From assembly GCA_973851085.1 (NCBI GenBank), contig OZ316775.1:14322001-14386000 (forward strand): 64,000 nt of DNA, given 5' to 3'. Numbering within the stretch: position 1 is the first letter of the stretch; every line of letters begins with the position of its first letter. Below the pieces are notes generated by a model, which saw nothing but the letters and a program-made list of their open reading frames with translations, made no database searches and was not told the origin of the DNA. This document shows positions 1-12,904 of the stretch, piece by piece. The position numbers and the translations under genes are program-made. The stretch is from Ptychomitrium polyphyllum (lineage: Eukaryota).

Positions 1-13
1 TTCCTAGAGGTAC

Positions 14-1179
14 CAGAGTGAGAGGCGATACTATTGATTTGAAATATTCAACATCTTCAAACTCATCCAGAATATGTAGCTCCTGGTCGCTCAGATCGAA
101 CAACACCTGTTACAATATTCTAAATCAGTAATTCTCTTATCGTTTGATGCCAAATCAATGGAACATATGACACCAACTCTGCACTGATTCGGTCAAGATC
201 TGTGAGAAAGACAGGTGGAAATGAATCTAAAACCGCCATACAAAACTTGTCACAAGTACGATCCTATGTTCTCACATGATCTTACAGAATTCCAAAAGAG
301 AACAAAAGCCCTAACACTAGAAATTCAGAACAGTAAGTGAACTTTAAATCTTGTCAAAGTTAAGAAATTCTGAGTACTCCGGAAAGAAATAAAATCAAGC
401 ACTCTCTAAGCATCCGTAGAGAGTATGAGAAAGTACAGCAGTAGATGCGAATGAGATACGTGTTAAGGAGATACCTTTCCAAATACTTTGTCACCCTTTT
501 TGGGTAGTACGGCGGGATAAATGCGGTCTGTGATGCTGTACCGATGGCTGCCACCAATTTTCCAGCCCAAGATTACCGGTAAGGACTAAAACAAAGACGT
601 GTATACATGCTTTCCAAGGTGAGGGTGAAGAATGTTATGATATTGATTAAAAAATAAGATGCGTGAACCCAAACTTCTTTGCTAAACAAACAGAAGCCAG
701 TAACTTCATGAAAACTTGCACAAGGCATAAGCACCATCACATAGTTTCTCATTTCAATCATTAATGTTATTGGCTGCTGCAGAGCAACAACTACAGGCGG
801 CCATAATCTTGGAGGCATATCAAAACCCTAAGGTACACATTATCACACTAAAAGCAAGGAAAATATGGTTCCCTGTGCAAATGCACTAAGCAAGTGAAAT
901 TCATTAAAGTATGCAATCAAAACGAAACAGAAGTAGAAAAGACGACAGTCTGCTTACTGAGAGGTGACCCAATGATGGTTTTCTGACAATCTCACTTCAG
1001 ATGATCAAAAATCCCCTGAAAAAAACCAGCTTGTGCATGGAGCCCAAAAGATTTACGACTTACTAATCATCCACGACAGCAAGTGCTGCACGTGGAACTC
1101 GGTGCAGGAGCGCGGTAAGAACTTCCGGCGCGAGCAATGATCCATACACGAACACATTGCGGACCGCAGCCGCAGCCAT
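14..1179 (-). CDS. AIG2-like / gamma-glutamylcyclotransferase-fold protein, 5' part (gene continues past the left edge)
   Basis: Not in the ORF track; assembled by hand. Exons are 1179-1064 (MAAAAVRNVFVYGSLLAPEVLTALLHRVPRAALAVVDD), 547-475 (YHRYSITDRIYPAVLPKKGDKVFGK) and 106-14 (VLFDLSDQELHILDEFEDVEYFKSIVSPLTL), all with GT-AG ends and matching phases. VFVYGSL, YPA and ELxILDEFEDVEY are plant AIG2-like motifs. Confidence 0.9.
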
Positions 1180-2739
1180 GAAGAAATTCTTTCAAAATCT
1201 GATATTAGATCAAGAGCCCAAAATTTATGTTTCTGCAAACAATCCAACATGCTCGATTCTACATGCTCAAGGAGTTGATCTTGCACAGCCGATCGATCAC
1301 TCCCGCAAAGAAACCTACAGGATGAAACGCCATCCACACAGAGGACACGGAGACTGTCACGCCATAGCAAAGCTTTCCACCAAAAGGAACGCAGCAGCTA
1401 AACCCTAGAGCTAAGAGACTGCGAGAATTTCAGCACCAAACTGAGTCAGTATGGCAATGTCTAGGCACTTTTAGGTGAGAAAATAATGATTCGATCACCA
1501 TTCTCGTAGGCACTGTGAACTTCTGGAAATTCCTTCACGTCCCTTTTTTCGAGTGCAACGGTTGTCCGAAAGTTTCGTATCATTGGAGGCCCCAAACTGT
1601 ACTCAAAAGCAAACTGTACCTAAAACAGGAGATATCTACCGTCTGTGTACTTGAAATCTGAAAACTGCGTAGATGGCGTTGCTTATGCACACAGACAGAT
1701 CTAGTTGGAGTCTGGTGCGTGAAGACGAATCTGTACCCTTGCACTATTGTTTCTTGGTAGAGCACCCTATCCACATTTGAAAGTGAAGTTTGCAGAATCC
1801 AGAATCTATGAAGTCGATTATTTTCGGAGAGTGCTGCGTTCTATAAAAAAGATGACGATGCAGGTGAAGGAAGCTTCGTTGCAACGACGATGTTGCTTAT
1901 TGAAGGTGGTTGCATGATATTCTTCAGGACTTCACCAGAACGGTACACTGCAGCGGTTAAGCCTAGTCCTGAACGATTTCTGAAAGCAGGGATGCAAGCT
2001 CTACATTTTGGTACAGGGAGCCATGTGTTAGCTTAAGTTAAGCTTGTGTCAAAATTGCACTGGAGACTGCTTGGTTTCTCAATGAGCATCATTTTGCTGA
2101 GGAGGTATCAATCCTAGAGCCGAGCAACAAGCGTGGTCCACATGCAGAATGTGGATTCATTCTACATTCTGTAGACGCCCTATATGCTGAAATTGGTGAG
2201 ATGCAAATTTCATAATATCATACACTAATCAATTTTACAGGACTGACGCAGTCATAGCATGGCAAAATGTGAAACTAAAAGAAGAGGAGCATTGCAACGA
2301 CCTGAACCTCGATGTCTCCTAGGTCAATTTCATAAACAAGCAATACCCTGGAAGATAAGTGAAATTCACTACCAGGAATGACAAGCAATATTATGATAGC
2401 GATCCTGCAGTGACTGGGATCCTTGCTTCTGATGTCAAATGCAAAATTAGAGCTGTTTAGCAGCTCTCCGACACAATGAACATCTTCAACCGCGTTGACA
2501 ATATAATTACAAAACCATATATGACTACAAACTAGACTTCTACATATAGAAACGATTGAAAGAAAATAAAACCTGTTTGTATACCAAATGAGTCAAATAA
2601 CAATTCCCTTATGCAATACACATGCTTATGAAGTATAAAAGCCTCAACTTCGAACTTCCCTCTCGAATTTTGAAAAGTACATGAGTTTTGCAAATCATCT
2701 CGTAAAGTGGTACTCATGTGGAACAGCGTTTGTAGCGAA

Positions 2740-3440
2740 CGAAACGATGTATATCACAAGCAGGAGAACACAAACCACTCCTCTAACACCTATACACGCA
2801 CCAACAAGCTGCTTATCATGCCGCTCCTAAAATACCTCAGCAATGCTTGCAGAGGGAAAACTTGTAAGGAAACAAATGACGGATATCAGCAACAGCAAAG
2901 CTGCAGCCTTCCAACACCTTTGACTTCTGAAGAGCTCATCATAAAGAGGTTCGTTTGATACTGGAACTGGGAGGACTGCCATCAAGCTACTTGCAACTGG
3001 AAAAAAGAATGACCGGCTGCTGCACACCAGATATACTCTCACTGGACTCAGACTTGTGTGAATGTTATCATCAGCCGCATACATAAGGGGTGCGCAATAA
3101 AAGATGACTGAAGTGGCATTATGATAGCAGCACTTGTTGTGCTTGCCTTTGCAGTAGTCATCTTATTATACCACCATTTTCTAGCCTCATCACTGGCCAT
3201 AGGTCCAGGGCTTGGAAGGTCTCCGGTGCTTTGGTGAGGAGTCCACACATCAATATCAGCTTGAAGTAGGGCGATGCAACTTTGCTCATTGGGAAAAACA
3301 TGCTTGGCACAGTTTGGTCACATTGAACTTTGAGAAAATCCTTTCTCCAAATGCTGTAACCTCTACTGATAATTTCCCTATCAAGTAGGGCTGCCCATGA
3401 ATTATAGATTTCCATATCAACCCTTACCTTTGTTCTCTGA
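2740..3440 (-). pseudogene. Probable decayed ankyrin-repeat/PGG-type membrane protein fragment
   Basis: Pieces lie in different frames. VRVDMEIYNSWAALLDREIISRGYSIW is weakly ankyrin-like. It is followed by hydrophobic segments VRVYLVCSSRSFFFPVASSLMAVL and AAALLLLISVICFLTSFPSASIAEVF*, which resemble PGG-domain helices. Frameshifts and stops are present. Pattern recognition only. Confidence 0.35.
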
Positions 3441-6400
3441 ACTGCTTTACAGAAGAAGTTGTAAAGCAGTTCCTTTGAAAACATTTTAAGTGGTTGGATC
3501 TTATATAAGATATTTTGAAATAATTTGTAATGCTTCAATTTGGCCAGCTAGTGCAGCTTACTGTAAAGCTGGCTGGACTTTGATGAGAAACTTCTGATGT
3601 TGGATTTGAACTTATGTGCAAATCTATAATTTCTTTAAATCTTTTTAAATCATAAAATAATAAAAAGCTGGATGAAATGAGTTGAGAGAAAACAACATAG
3701 GGGAATTTCAAAACTAATTATTGGGGTTGAGAAAACACATGTGGCCTTTATCAAATTTTCTTTTTTCTATTGGTATGTAATATGGTCTTTATTAGAAACT
3801 TTTAGTTGTGTGTTTGAAGTCTAATAAGATATGAAAATGGACATTGTGGTCAACATATGCACTTCGAGGTTCTTCATCACCAACTCTTTGGATTCATTAA
3901 ACTTCATTTGAAAGAGGTTATTTAGAATATATGGCTATACCTCAACATCAATCAGCTCTTTTATTATTATATTAAAAAAACATCATATATCCAAAGCATC
4001 CAACTTTTTGCCTTCCATTTTCAAATAGAACATCTTTTCTATTTTTTACAGCTAAGGAATGTCAAAAGATTTATTATAAGTTCTTGTGGCTAAAATTTGA
4101 AATTTTGTAATTAGAAGTAATAGCTAAGTGAGGTTAATAAGAAACTTATGAAATTTCACATGAGTTAATTAACTGGTATTTCATACCCAAAATAATAAAT
4201 AGTTGCTACATTTATTTAATTAAAAATATGATTATTTGTTGTAAAATATAAAAGTTTATAAATTGAAGATAAAAAATCACAAGCATAGGATTGATTGTAT
4301 ACAAAATCTTTAAATGAGAATTGAAAATCTAAATTTTTTGATGGATTGTTAATGATAATCACAATGAATATTGACCACAATGACCATTTCATGTTACATT
4401 AGATTAAATTGAAATCCATAATTTTTAGATTTTATATAAGATGATATTAAAAATTTAACCTATAAAAAGAATGCTTTAAACATGTAAGTAAAAATATATA
4501 AAATATTATTTTTTGGAATACAACAAGCAACCATAAATATGAAATTTGTAATATGCATAGTATTCAATTCCTTAAGCAATCCAAGCTAAAACCTTAGAAA
4601 TGAATACAAACAAGCCTAGCAATAACACCTAGTTGTTATGTGTATCTTATTTTATGCAAATAAGGGACCTAAATTACGTTTAAAAGTGGATGAAATTGAT
4701 ATTAGTTGGAATGGAATTTTAAGTAAATAATCCAAAGGTAAATATAAGCTCCTTGGTAGCACAATTTAGGATTTATGTTAGGACCTTCCTCCATGTGTGA
4801 GCCAAAATATATAAACTCATCTTCAAATTATAATCCCATATTTGTTTTAGAATCTGAAGCTTGTAAAGCATACAAATGATTTTTTGCAAAATTTTTTTTT
4901 ATTTTTTTATTGCATGAATGAAAGAAATTAGATTGCAATACTTGTTTATTAGAGCAAGTATGTGGCCAAGGTCCAATGCTTTTCAAAGAAAAAAATAAAT
5001 AACAATTCTATGGAGATTGTTGTCAATGTACTATCGTTTCTTACTACATCCTATTCCTATATTTGGAAGTATTCCTATATACACATAACATAGGATAGGA
5101 GTATATAGATACTTTCCTTGATGAAAGTAGACAAAATCACCAAAAACACGTGGACATAAAAAACTAAAGAACCAAGAAAGGACACAATAAAACCAAGTTA
5201 AAACACAAAGAAAAATACATCACGGCTATAGAGGAACTTCGGAAGAAGAGAGGGGAAAGGAGGGAGCTGATGTGAAGCTTGCTTCGTTTCCTTAGCATTT
5301 CACTACGCAATTATCGAAAAAGCAAAACAGAGCAAGTGAAGTGCATGTTTCTGATAACCTTGGGTAGTCCCTCGAATAAAAAACAATGCTTGGCCCTGGT
5401 ATCTTTCTTCGCTCCACTTGAGTCATACTGTAGTCTCTGTTCTAATCAGTTTGATACGGACTGTATCTGACACGGAGCCCGTCGAGCCTCGTGTCTTTAA
5501 CCTATTATTTCCAAAGTAGGGATCCTTCCGGGAGCTTGATGCTCTGGCTCTCTGGCATCTCCGACTCTGGTTCTTTCTGCACAGCTTCTTTGGCCATCCC
5601 AGTCTGCCTCCCAGAGATCCAAGCCAACTCCAAACTGCACGGAAGCTTTTTTGTTCCGTCAATTGAACTTCGGTGCGGAGCCATGGATTATATGTAAGTC
5701 AATGCAGGCTCTGGATGTCGAGAATGAATTCCTAACTCCAAAGGACTTCGAGTGGGTAACAACAGGTCTTATACGAAGTGGAAACGCAAAGAAAATCAGT
5801 CAGCAAGTGACAGCACTGAGCATTCCTCCTTTAATTCATACTGAATACTGCTCTGCCAATTTCGTTCAAGTGAACAACAAGTTACATTCAAGGGTATCAC
5901 GAGTGCATGTTAGTTGTGTTGGATGGTCTTGAATGACTTGAAACTTACTAGATGCTCATTCAAGAGCCTGCCTCAATGCCTCCTGGTCTGTGAATCGCAT
6001 GGTTTTCATTTACCTTATTTGAGAGATGAAGGTGAATTTGGCCTAACTTTCTCATTCTCTCTATCCTTATTTAGTCACATCCTCGAAGCATCCAGGGAAT
6101 GCCGAGGAACTACCGGGGTAACGATCCACAGTATTACAGGACAAGGGAGGAGATGATGTTGACACATAAGTATTCAGAAACAAGTCTTTTACCTGTAATA
6201 GAAATGATGATATCACTCGACTGAGTGAGTACATTCATAATCAGATCCGCAAACACACTCCGCAAATGGAAAGCAGTTACTAAGTTACTACATATCTCAG
6301 GGCCCTATATGACCCGGCTTGCTAACACACTACATCACGCTGTTCGTCTCTCGTGCAAAAAGGATCTCCTCCGGCGAAGACTCTATAATTTTTGAACTAA

Positions 6401-6697
6401 GTTCCTATCACGTTTCAGCCTGTGCCCTCCAGCTCATACCCCTGCTTGGCTAGGGTTTGCACTGGCATGGTCGGCAGACTTAGTTTCAAACGGACTTCTC
6501 AAAGGCTTCACAGAGGAAGAAAATCGTGGTTTTAGAAGTACAGCCTTATTGTTCGTCATCCTCGATATGCACAAATTACGATTGATTCTATATTGTACCT
6601 GTTTAAAACTATTTGGACGGTCCAAGTGGGATCACGGTCGTAGCTGAATTGTCAAGAAAATGCTAAAGCATTGGTTCTCTTACTAAACCAAAGATCA

Positions 6698-8143
6698 TTA
6701 CATCGCCGCAACTGGTGATTTGGAGTCTTGATGTATACATTCCAAGTTGCTTTGCCGGTTGTCGCCGATCAGACCTGCTTCTCTCAAGACTGATGTGAGG
6801 CCCGTTGACGTGTGTCTTCGCGTTGAGGCTCTCGGCAGAAGCGCGGGTGGCTGCCAGTCCATGTTGTCCACTTCGTAGATCTCCCTCGCAGCGTCGCTCT
6901 TGACGTCGGCCCACAGATGCTTCAACCTATTGGCATCACGCACAACACCTTCGGGCTCTTCCAATATTCTATCGGCCGAGGGCTGCCTCACAGCGTCGTT
7001 ATTTACCGCCACCTCGTTCTTCACCTCCCTCGTCACATGCTGTCTAAACCCTGCTTTCTCAAACTGACGCTCCATCTCATTTGTGAACTTCTTATCCCAC
7101 TTTATGCTTCTCACAGCAACCGAGGAGATGTTCAACATGATATCCGAGTCTGCAGAGTCCTTACTTTGAGACGATATTCCATTTGAAGTCCTCTTGTATG
7201 AAGAAAACCACTTGGCTTTCACATACTCTGGCTTTCTCCACGGCGGAAGGAACATCCCTTTCTTCTTCAAAGAGCGCTTGACCGCTTCTGACATCACATT
7301 GATGATCTGCAGTAGCCGATCTGATGTGCCAACGTACACAGAAGGAAGGGCTTGATATGCATGCTTGTATTGAGAAGTAGGCCTTGCAATCTCGAATTGT
7401 CCCTGGAAGTCAATGTCGACGATGAGCCTCGCCCTACATCCATCCAAGGTTGCAAACACAACGTCGATGTACTCGTAGTCACCTCCAGGAAAGCTACCAG
7501 CATGATCCCATCGCGACTTGCAAAGAGCGGCATCGTAGCCACTGTTGCGGAGGCGCTTCATCACACTCCGGCGCCTGCAAACATTACTGCCGCACTCCTG
7601 TGTTTCATCCTGTACATCGGTATCAGCACAGGCATCTATAGCTTTTAACACTTCGGCAAGAAAAGCTGCTTCGTGTGCGTCGACACACGGAGCCAAGCCC
7701 AGCAGAACTTCAGAAAGCTCGCCTCCAAGACTTGACTTGGAATCATCGTCTTCGAGGCTAGGTACAACACAAGAGCCAGACTCGCAGTTCTCTTTCTCCA
7801 TAAACTCGTGCACCATTGCCGCCAAGCAGTTGGAACTCGGCTCATGCTCACTCCCGCTGGAACTGTAATCCACCTTCTCCACGACCCTGCCATCTCCAAC
7901 AAGCATCGCCTTCACATTCTCAGGCCATGGATCGGTGACTTGCTTGGCCCTGAAAATCTGAGCGCTGCTGTTCAGCGCAGCTGGCCTTACTGTGACAGCG
8001 TGGTGGACTTTGGAGGCTCTAAAGTTCGTCAGAGGATTCGCAACTCGCTCTCTCTCCTCCGCCACTTTCTCTGAAAGTCGTGATGTGCGTCTGCTCGCTT
8101 TCGCCGCTGCGGCCACTGGCCTAAGACTCATAACTCCCGGCAT
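6698..8143 (-). CDS. Plant DUF506 (PDDEXK-like) family protein, intronless, about 481 aa
   Basis: The first in-frame ATG of ORF 6698..8218 is at 8143 (MPGVMSLR). Family motifs include LAAMVHEFME, LRNSGYDAALCKSRW, GDYEYIDV, RLIVDIDFQGQFEIARPT, LPSVYVG and MFLPPWRKPEYVKAKW, plus C-terminal WQPP and TGLTSVL. Confidence 0.93.
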   Translation of the reverse strand: MPGVMSLRPVAAAAKASRRTSRLSEKVAEERERVANPLTNFRASKVHHAVTVRPAALNSSAQIFRAKQVTDPWPENVKAMLVGDGRVVEKVDYSSSGSEHEPSSNCLAAMVHEFMEKENCESGSCVVPSLEDDDSKSSLGGELSEVLLGLAPCVDAHEAAFLAEVLKAIDACADTDVQDETQECGSNVCRRRSVMKRLRNSGYDAALCKSRWDHAGSFPGGDYEYIDVVFATLDGCRARLIVDIDFQGQFEIARPTSQYKHAYQALPSVYVGTSDRLLQIINVMSEAVKRSLKKKGMFLPPWRKPEYVKAKWFSSYKRTSNGISSQSKDSADSDIMLNISSVAVRSIKWDKKFTNEMERQFEKAGFRQHVTREVKNEVAVNNDAVRQPSADRILEEPEGVVRDANRLKHLWADVKSDAAREIYEVDNMDWQPPALLPRASTRRHTSTGLTSVLREAGLIGDNRQSNLECIHQDSKSPVAAM

Positions 8144-9480
8144 TATATTCCTCCACAGAGCTGCAATAACAGTAATACTCGGCGCAACTAGCTTGGATTT
8201 TTCCCCTACCTCAATCACTCCTCATCCTCCACTTCTCGCCTACGATATTTCTAAGTCTATCAGACCTTTAATCCACACAAACGAAGCAACGCTAACACCC
8301 TCCGTCACCAGAATCCAGGCAAAAACTCCACGCATCTCCACACTACTTTCTTCAACGCGTATGTCTTCAATCAATGAATTGCAATCTCTCACACATAACC
8401 TTCACTCGCCAAAACTCGAAACAAAGCACTAACTCCTCATAGGAAGCTCATATTCCCTCGCGATTGCTTCGCTCCTAAAGAAACCAATGCCGAGCTACTC
8501 TCTCCAATTGACAAAATCTGAAACTTAACTCTACTAAAAGAGGAGAATACAGAGGTGATGAACTGGCAATCCTCTTCGGAAAAAAATGGATAGATCATGG
8601 AACACAATGGCGGAGAATGGGGCGATCAAGTCATATACTGCAAGCAACGCGGAGAAGAGAGAGACCGAGTGACAATCACGGCACCGGCTCAGTGGGACTG
8701 GCCAGCGCTCGCAACGGGGCAAACCCGCTCTCGCTCTAGGCGACTGGTAGCAATGGACATCTATTACCGTCACTGGTCCCGAAAAACCGACATCATCTAC
8801 TTCTCTGTAGATTTGGACAGTTAAATGTACCTTTCCGAAGTACCAGACGGTTTGAGGTGTAATTATGGTTTAGGGGTTTGGAGGTTTTTTAGAAGCGGTG
8901 GTCGAATGGAGGCCACCGGTAACCTAATGGTATATTTCTTTCGGGCGCAATAATATGCTCTGGCAAAATTAGCTGGCGGGGGACTTGGATAGGCGTCGAC
9001 GTAGATCCAGCGGTCTGAGAGATACGGATGGCAGGAATATTGGAATATTATGGAACGTCTAGTGGATGCTCACCTGCCTCAAGTGTTTGAGTTCCAGGGT
9101 GTCTTGGTTGAGCACTTGCGGAGTATGGGACGCTATTTTTTAGGTGGCTTCGCATTCGGGCCAATGCAGCCCCATGATCTGTAAAATTAGAGTTTGAGTT
9201 TGCAACCGTACAACGGAGACCCGTTCTGTGCATCAGTTTCGAAACAATTTACTTTTGCAGGTACTTTTTCATTTAACCATTTTATTTCTGGGCACAGACA
9301 GTTCTTACCCAAGGCCCCAATGGATACACCAAAATCACATGTTCTAGGTCACAAAAGGTCATGGGAATATTGACTTTTGTAATTTATGTGACACCAAGAA
9401 TTAACTAAAATTGTATGAAGTGGCTTACATGTGAACAACTACTTTGGGTAACATGAATTTTGAAGCTATGGCAACATTGA

Positions 9481-9514
9481 TATATTATATATATATATAT
9501 ATATATATGTGTAT
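9481..9514. repeat. (TA)n microsatellite
   Basis: tatattatatatatatatatatatatatgtgtat. Confidence 0.9.
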
Positions 9515-12500
9515 AAATAGATTTTCATGTTAGAACTTTATGGCATAAGTTTTCCCAAGGTTGAAAACTATCTATTGCAAAACAAATCATATATTTTTCT
9601 TGGATTGATTGTATTTGAAGCTATGCAAATGAATAATAAAGTTTTACTTTTCATTATAAATAAATTGAAGTGAAGTAAAGTTGACTCAATGCAAAACACA
9701 ATGAACATAACATGCATAAATTTTTACAAATTGCCCTTTTTGCTTCTATAATAAACCAAAATTGACACAACATTTTTATCTGCATGATAAGTGGGTATTT
9801 TAAGGATTTTTTTGAAATCAAATCATAGGAGCAATTGATATATCACTAATGTTAACACATGCTTAATGTACACACATGGTTAGCTGAAAGATTTACTCTA
9901 GTAAGATCTTACAATCAATTTTAGAATATTTGAAAGATACGTTCTATAATCAAAATCTATGCATATTTGAAGAAATATGCATAGGCATAACAGCACACCA
10001 TGACTTAAAGAATATTTTGGAAGCACAGTAATTTATTCATTTCTTAGAAATAAAATGTGATACTGGTACACTCTTGGGTTGTCCAGAATGATTATGTCCC
10101 ACGAAGTATGATTTCCACTCTGATCATAATGAAAGTTATTACTACATTATTGTACATATGATATAATTTATCATCACTAAATGTCGGAACAAACTTTTGA
10201 AGGCTAAGCTGTAAACGCCACTTTTCTGGAAGGTGAGTAGCTACCAAGTTCTGAAGTACCTGTAGGTGTTTGGATCCTGATCCGGAATGAAACCATGAAA
10301 CCATGAAACCCCTTAGAAGGATCATTAGCTGAGCATTACAGGAATATGCTTGGTATTGGACTCAAGTTCAAGCTAATGTTTATCCATTCAGGCATATTCA
10401 GAAGGTGCCCATATGAGATCTCACTTTTGGCTTGTTCAAGAAGGGCTCTAATGATATGTCACTTCTTGTATGGTATAATGCTGAAGCATGTGCTTCACAG
10501 CAAAGTTCTAGAATGTAGGGTACTACTACTGAGTGCAATCCTGAAGAAATTTACATAAATTTTGGAGAATAAGAACTCCCAGACTTTAGACCCATCAGGA
10601 GCTTCACAAAAGTTTGTTTCGAAGCCTACACTAGCGCATATGCCCACCATGAATTTTAACAAATAAATTGCAAAGCAATATGGATGCAGTGTGACCTGAT
10701 TCCACCCTGCACAATGTGCCTTGTGGCTACAATATTTTCAAATCTACATCTTTATTATAAGTTTGAATTCATGGCACATAAAATATGTTATGTACCTTGT
10801 AATCATGTTGTATCTGCATCAAGAAAATATCTCTTGTGGTATTTTGATATGAGGTATGATGTAAAAATAAATGTGTATCCTATCTACAATTTTTTATGTC
10901 ATCTTCACATTAGAATGATATCAAAACAACATAAGTTAAAATGACACAAACATAATGTAGATTTAAAAACAATGTCAAAATGACATAAATGTCTCTTAAA
11001 TTTAAAATTACATAAAAATGTCATTTTATACTTTTTGTTATCATTTTGAAATCATTTTGATGTACTTTTATCTATGTCATTTCCATATCACTTTGACATT
11101 CTTTTAAAGCCATTTTGCCACTATTTCAATTTGTATTGTTTTCATGTCAAGATTTAATGAAAATAATAAATTTTTCTAATTCATCTATGTAAGCAATGGA
11201 CATTATTTGCCTTTCTTTGGCTATTGTGCAACAAGTTCTTGGTGAAGTTGGTAACATTTTGCATAGATATCTTACTTGTATTGGTTCTTCACAAGAAAAG
11301 AGGTAGTATAATACATTGATAATGAATCTTAGAAGATAAGAACAATGTTATTTTAACATAACATCTTTTAGCAGTTAGATAGGTCATCTTGAAGTCAATG
11401 AACTTTAAGGCAATCAAACATACTTACTATTAATTAAAATATTATATTTTTAATAAAATTATATTTTGAAGAAAATTAGATTTTTGACACATCTTTATAA
11501 CATAATTATTTGGATATTTTGAAAAAAAAGTACAAATATTTAAAATTGAAAATCTTGAAGGTTCAAACTTCTTTCTTCTATGTGCTAAAAATGTTATGAA
11601 TCTCCAATATTATTGTTTATAAAACCTCGTTATTCAAATAAACTTATTGCTTCATTTGAATAATGAAGCAATCAAACTTTAAAATATTATCTATTAATAT
11701 GTGTATCTAGCATTGATAGGTGGTGTTATACTAAATTATTAATTTATACAAAAATAATTCTACATTCATTACATTCATTAATTTTTTATAAGGTAGTGTA
11801 AAGCTTTACAAACAATTTCAATGGATTTAAAGTCAATGAAGTATGATTTCTTAAATACAATCAAATTTTAAGTTGAAACATATTTGAAAGAAAAGATGCA
11901 TAAGATGTTGATTTAATAATGTTTCAAAAAAGCCTACATTTATATTGTAAATTCATGACATTTACTAGTTTTTTAGTTGTAAAAATCAAATTAGAAGCAA
12001 ATTGGAATCATATAATTAATCCTTATAATTTTTGGTGACAAATCAAATAGCAAATTTCTTTTGAGTTAAAATGGGAAAAACTATTTGGATTGATTAAGCA
12101 ACATTTGATATACACTAAAACATTGTTTAAAACAATTTAAATCTTAATATAATCTTATTTTTAAAACAATGCATTAAGGCGTTTTTATTATTATTGTTAT
12201 TAAATTTTATTAATGTGTATTGGCACGTAAAATTGCATAAAAAATGTGATGAATTATATGATTATGAACCAATGGCAATATAAATAACAATTATTTTATA
12301 AATTGTGTATAAATCATTCCTATTCTTTAAATATATTTTTATTATGAAGTCTTGTTTTTCTTTCATTTGCAATTCTTTTAATTCTTATAATAACATGTTT
12401 TTATTTAAATGACTTATTTTTTATACTTTTATAACTTTCTAACTTCATTAATGAAAATTTCTAGGTGCCACAATATAAGGTATCATAATTATTTTAAGAG

Positions 12501-12825
12501 AAATTTTTTAAAATATAAAGATTTGGCTATACAAAATGTGACATATAATTAAGGTTGTTGTATTAATAAATTTCATATTGAATTTAGAGTATATATTGAT
12601 TTATTGTATTTACCATATGATTTTTTTTCATTTTTTTGTAGAAATTTTTGAATAATTAGTTCAATTTTTTTAATTAAATTCATAAATCATTTTAAAAATT
12701 GGAATTTTATATGAGCTCCAAATTCACATACATAAAAATTGATTAGTGAAACTAAACTTTTTAAAGATCCATTTAAATGAGACTTATTATTAAATAAAAA
12801 TTAAGGTCAGAACTTCAATAATAGT

Positions 12826-12904
12826 TTTGAAGTTACAAAAATTTGAAATAATGTATTCTTATGGTTTGAAGTTACAAAAATTTGAAATAATGTATTCTTA
12901 TGGT
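12826..12904. repeat. Perfect 39-bp tandem duplication (2 copies)
   Basis: tttgaagttacaaaaatttgaaataatgtattcttatgg starts at 12826 and again at 12865. Confidence 0.95.

Noticed and set aside
959..1017. Exon-like block (cag|...|gtaagc, - strand) inside AIG2-like intron 1, a possible poison exon
   Set aside because: It has stops in all three frames, and the upstream intron would be only ~46 nt, which is implausibly short. There is no other support.
1053..1408. Listed ORFs 1053..1370 (-) and 1157..1408 (+)
   Set aside because: Off-frame or antisense overlaps of AIG2-like exon 1 and its leader, with no recognisable motifs.
820..1410. aaaccct(a) telomere-like words at ~823 and ~1400
   Set aside because: Single copies only. 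At most telo-box-like motifs, not an interstitial telomere array.
6917..8432. Many + strand and alternate-frame ORFs over the DUF506 gene
   Set aside because: Shadow ORFs expected from a GC-rich coding sequence.
10092..10620. Slightly GC-richer patch with 70-77 aa ORFs
   Set aside because: No recognisable domain or splice structure; cannot be supported as a gene.
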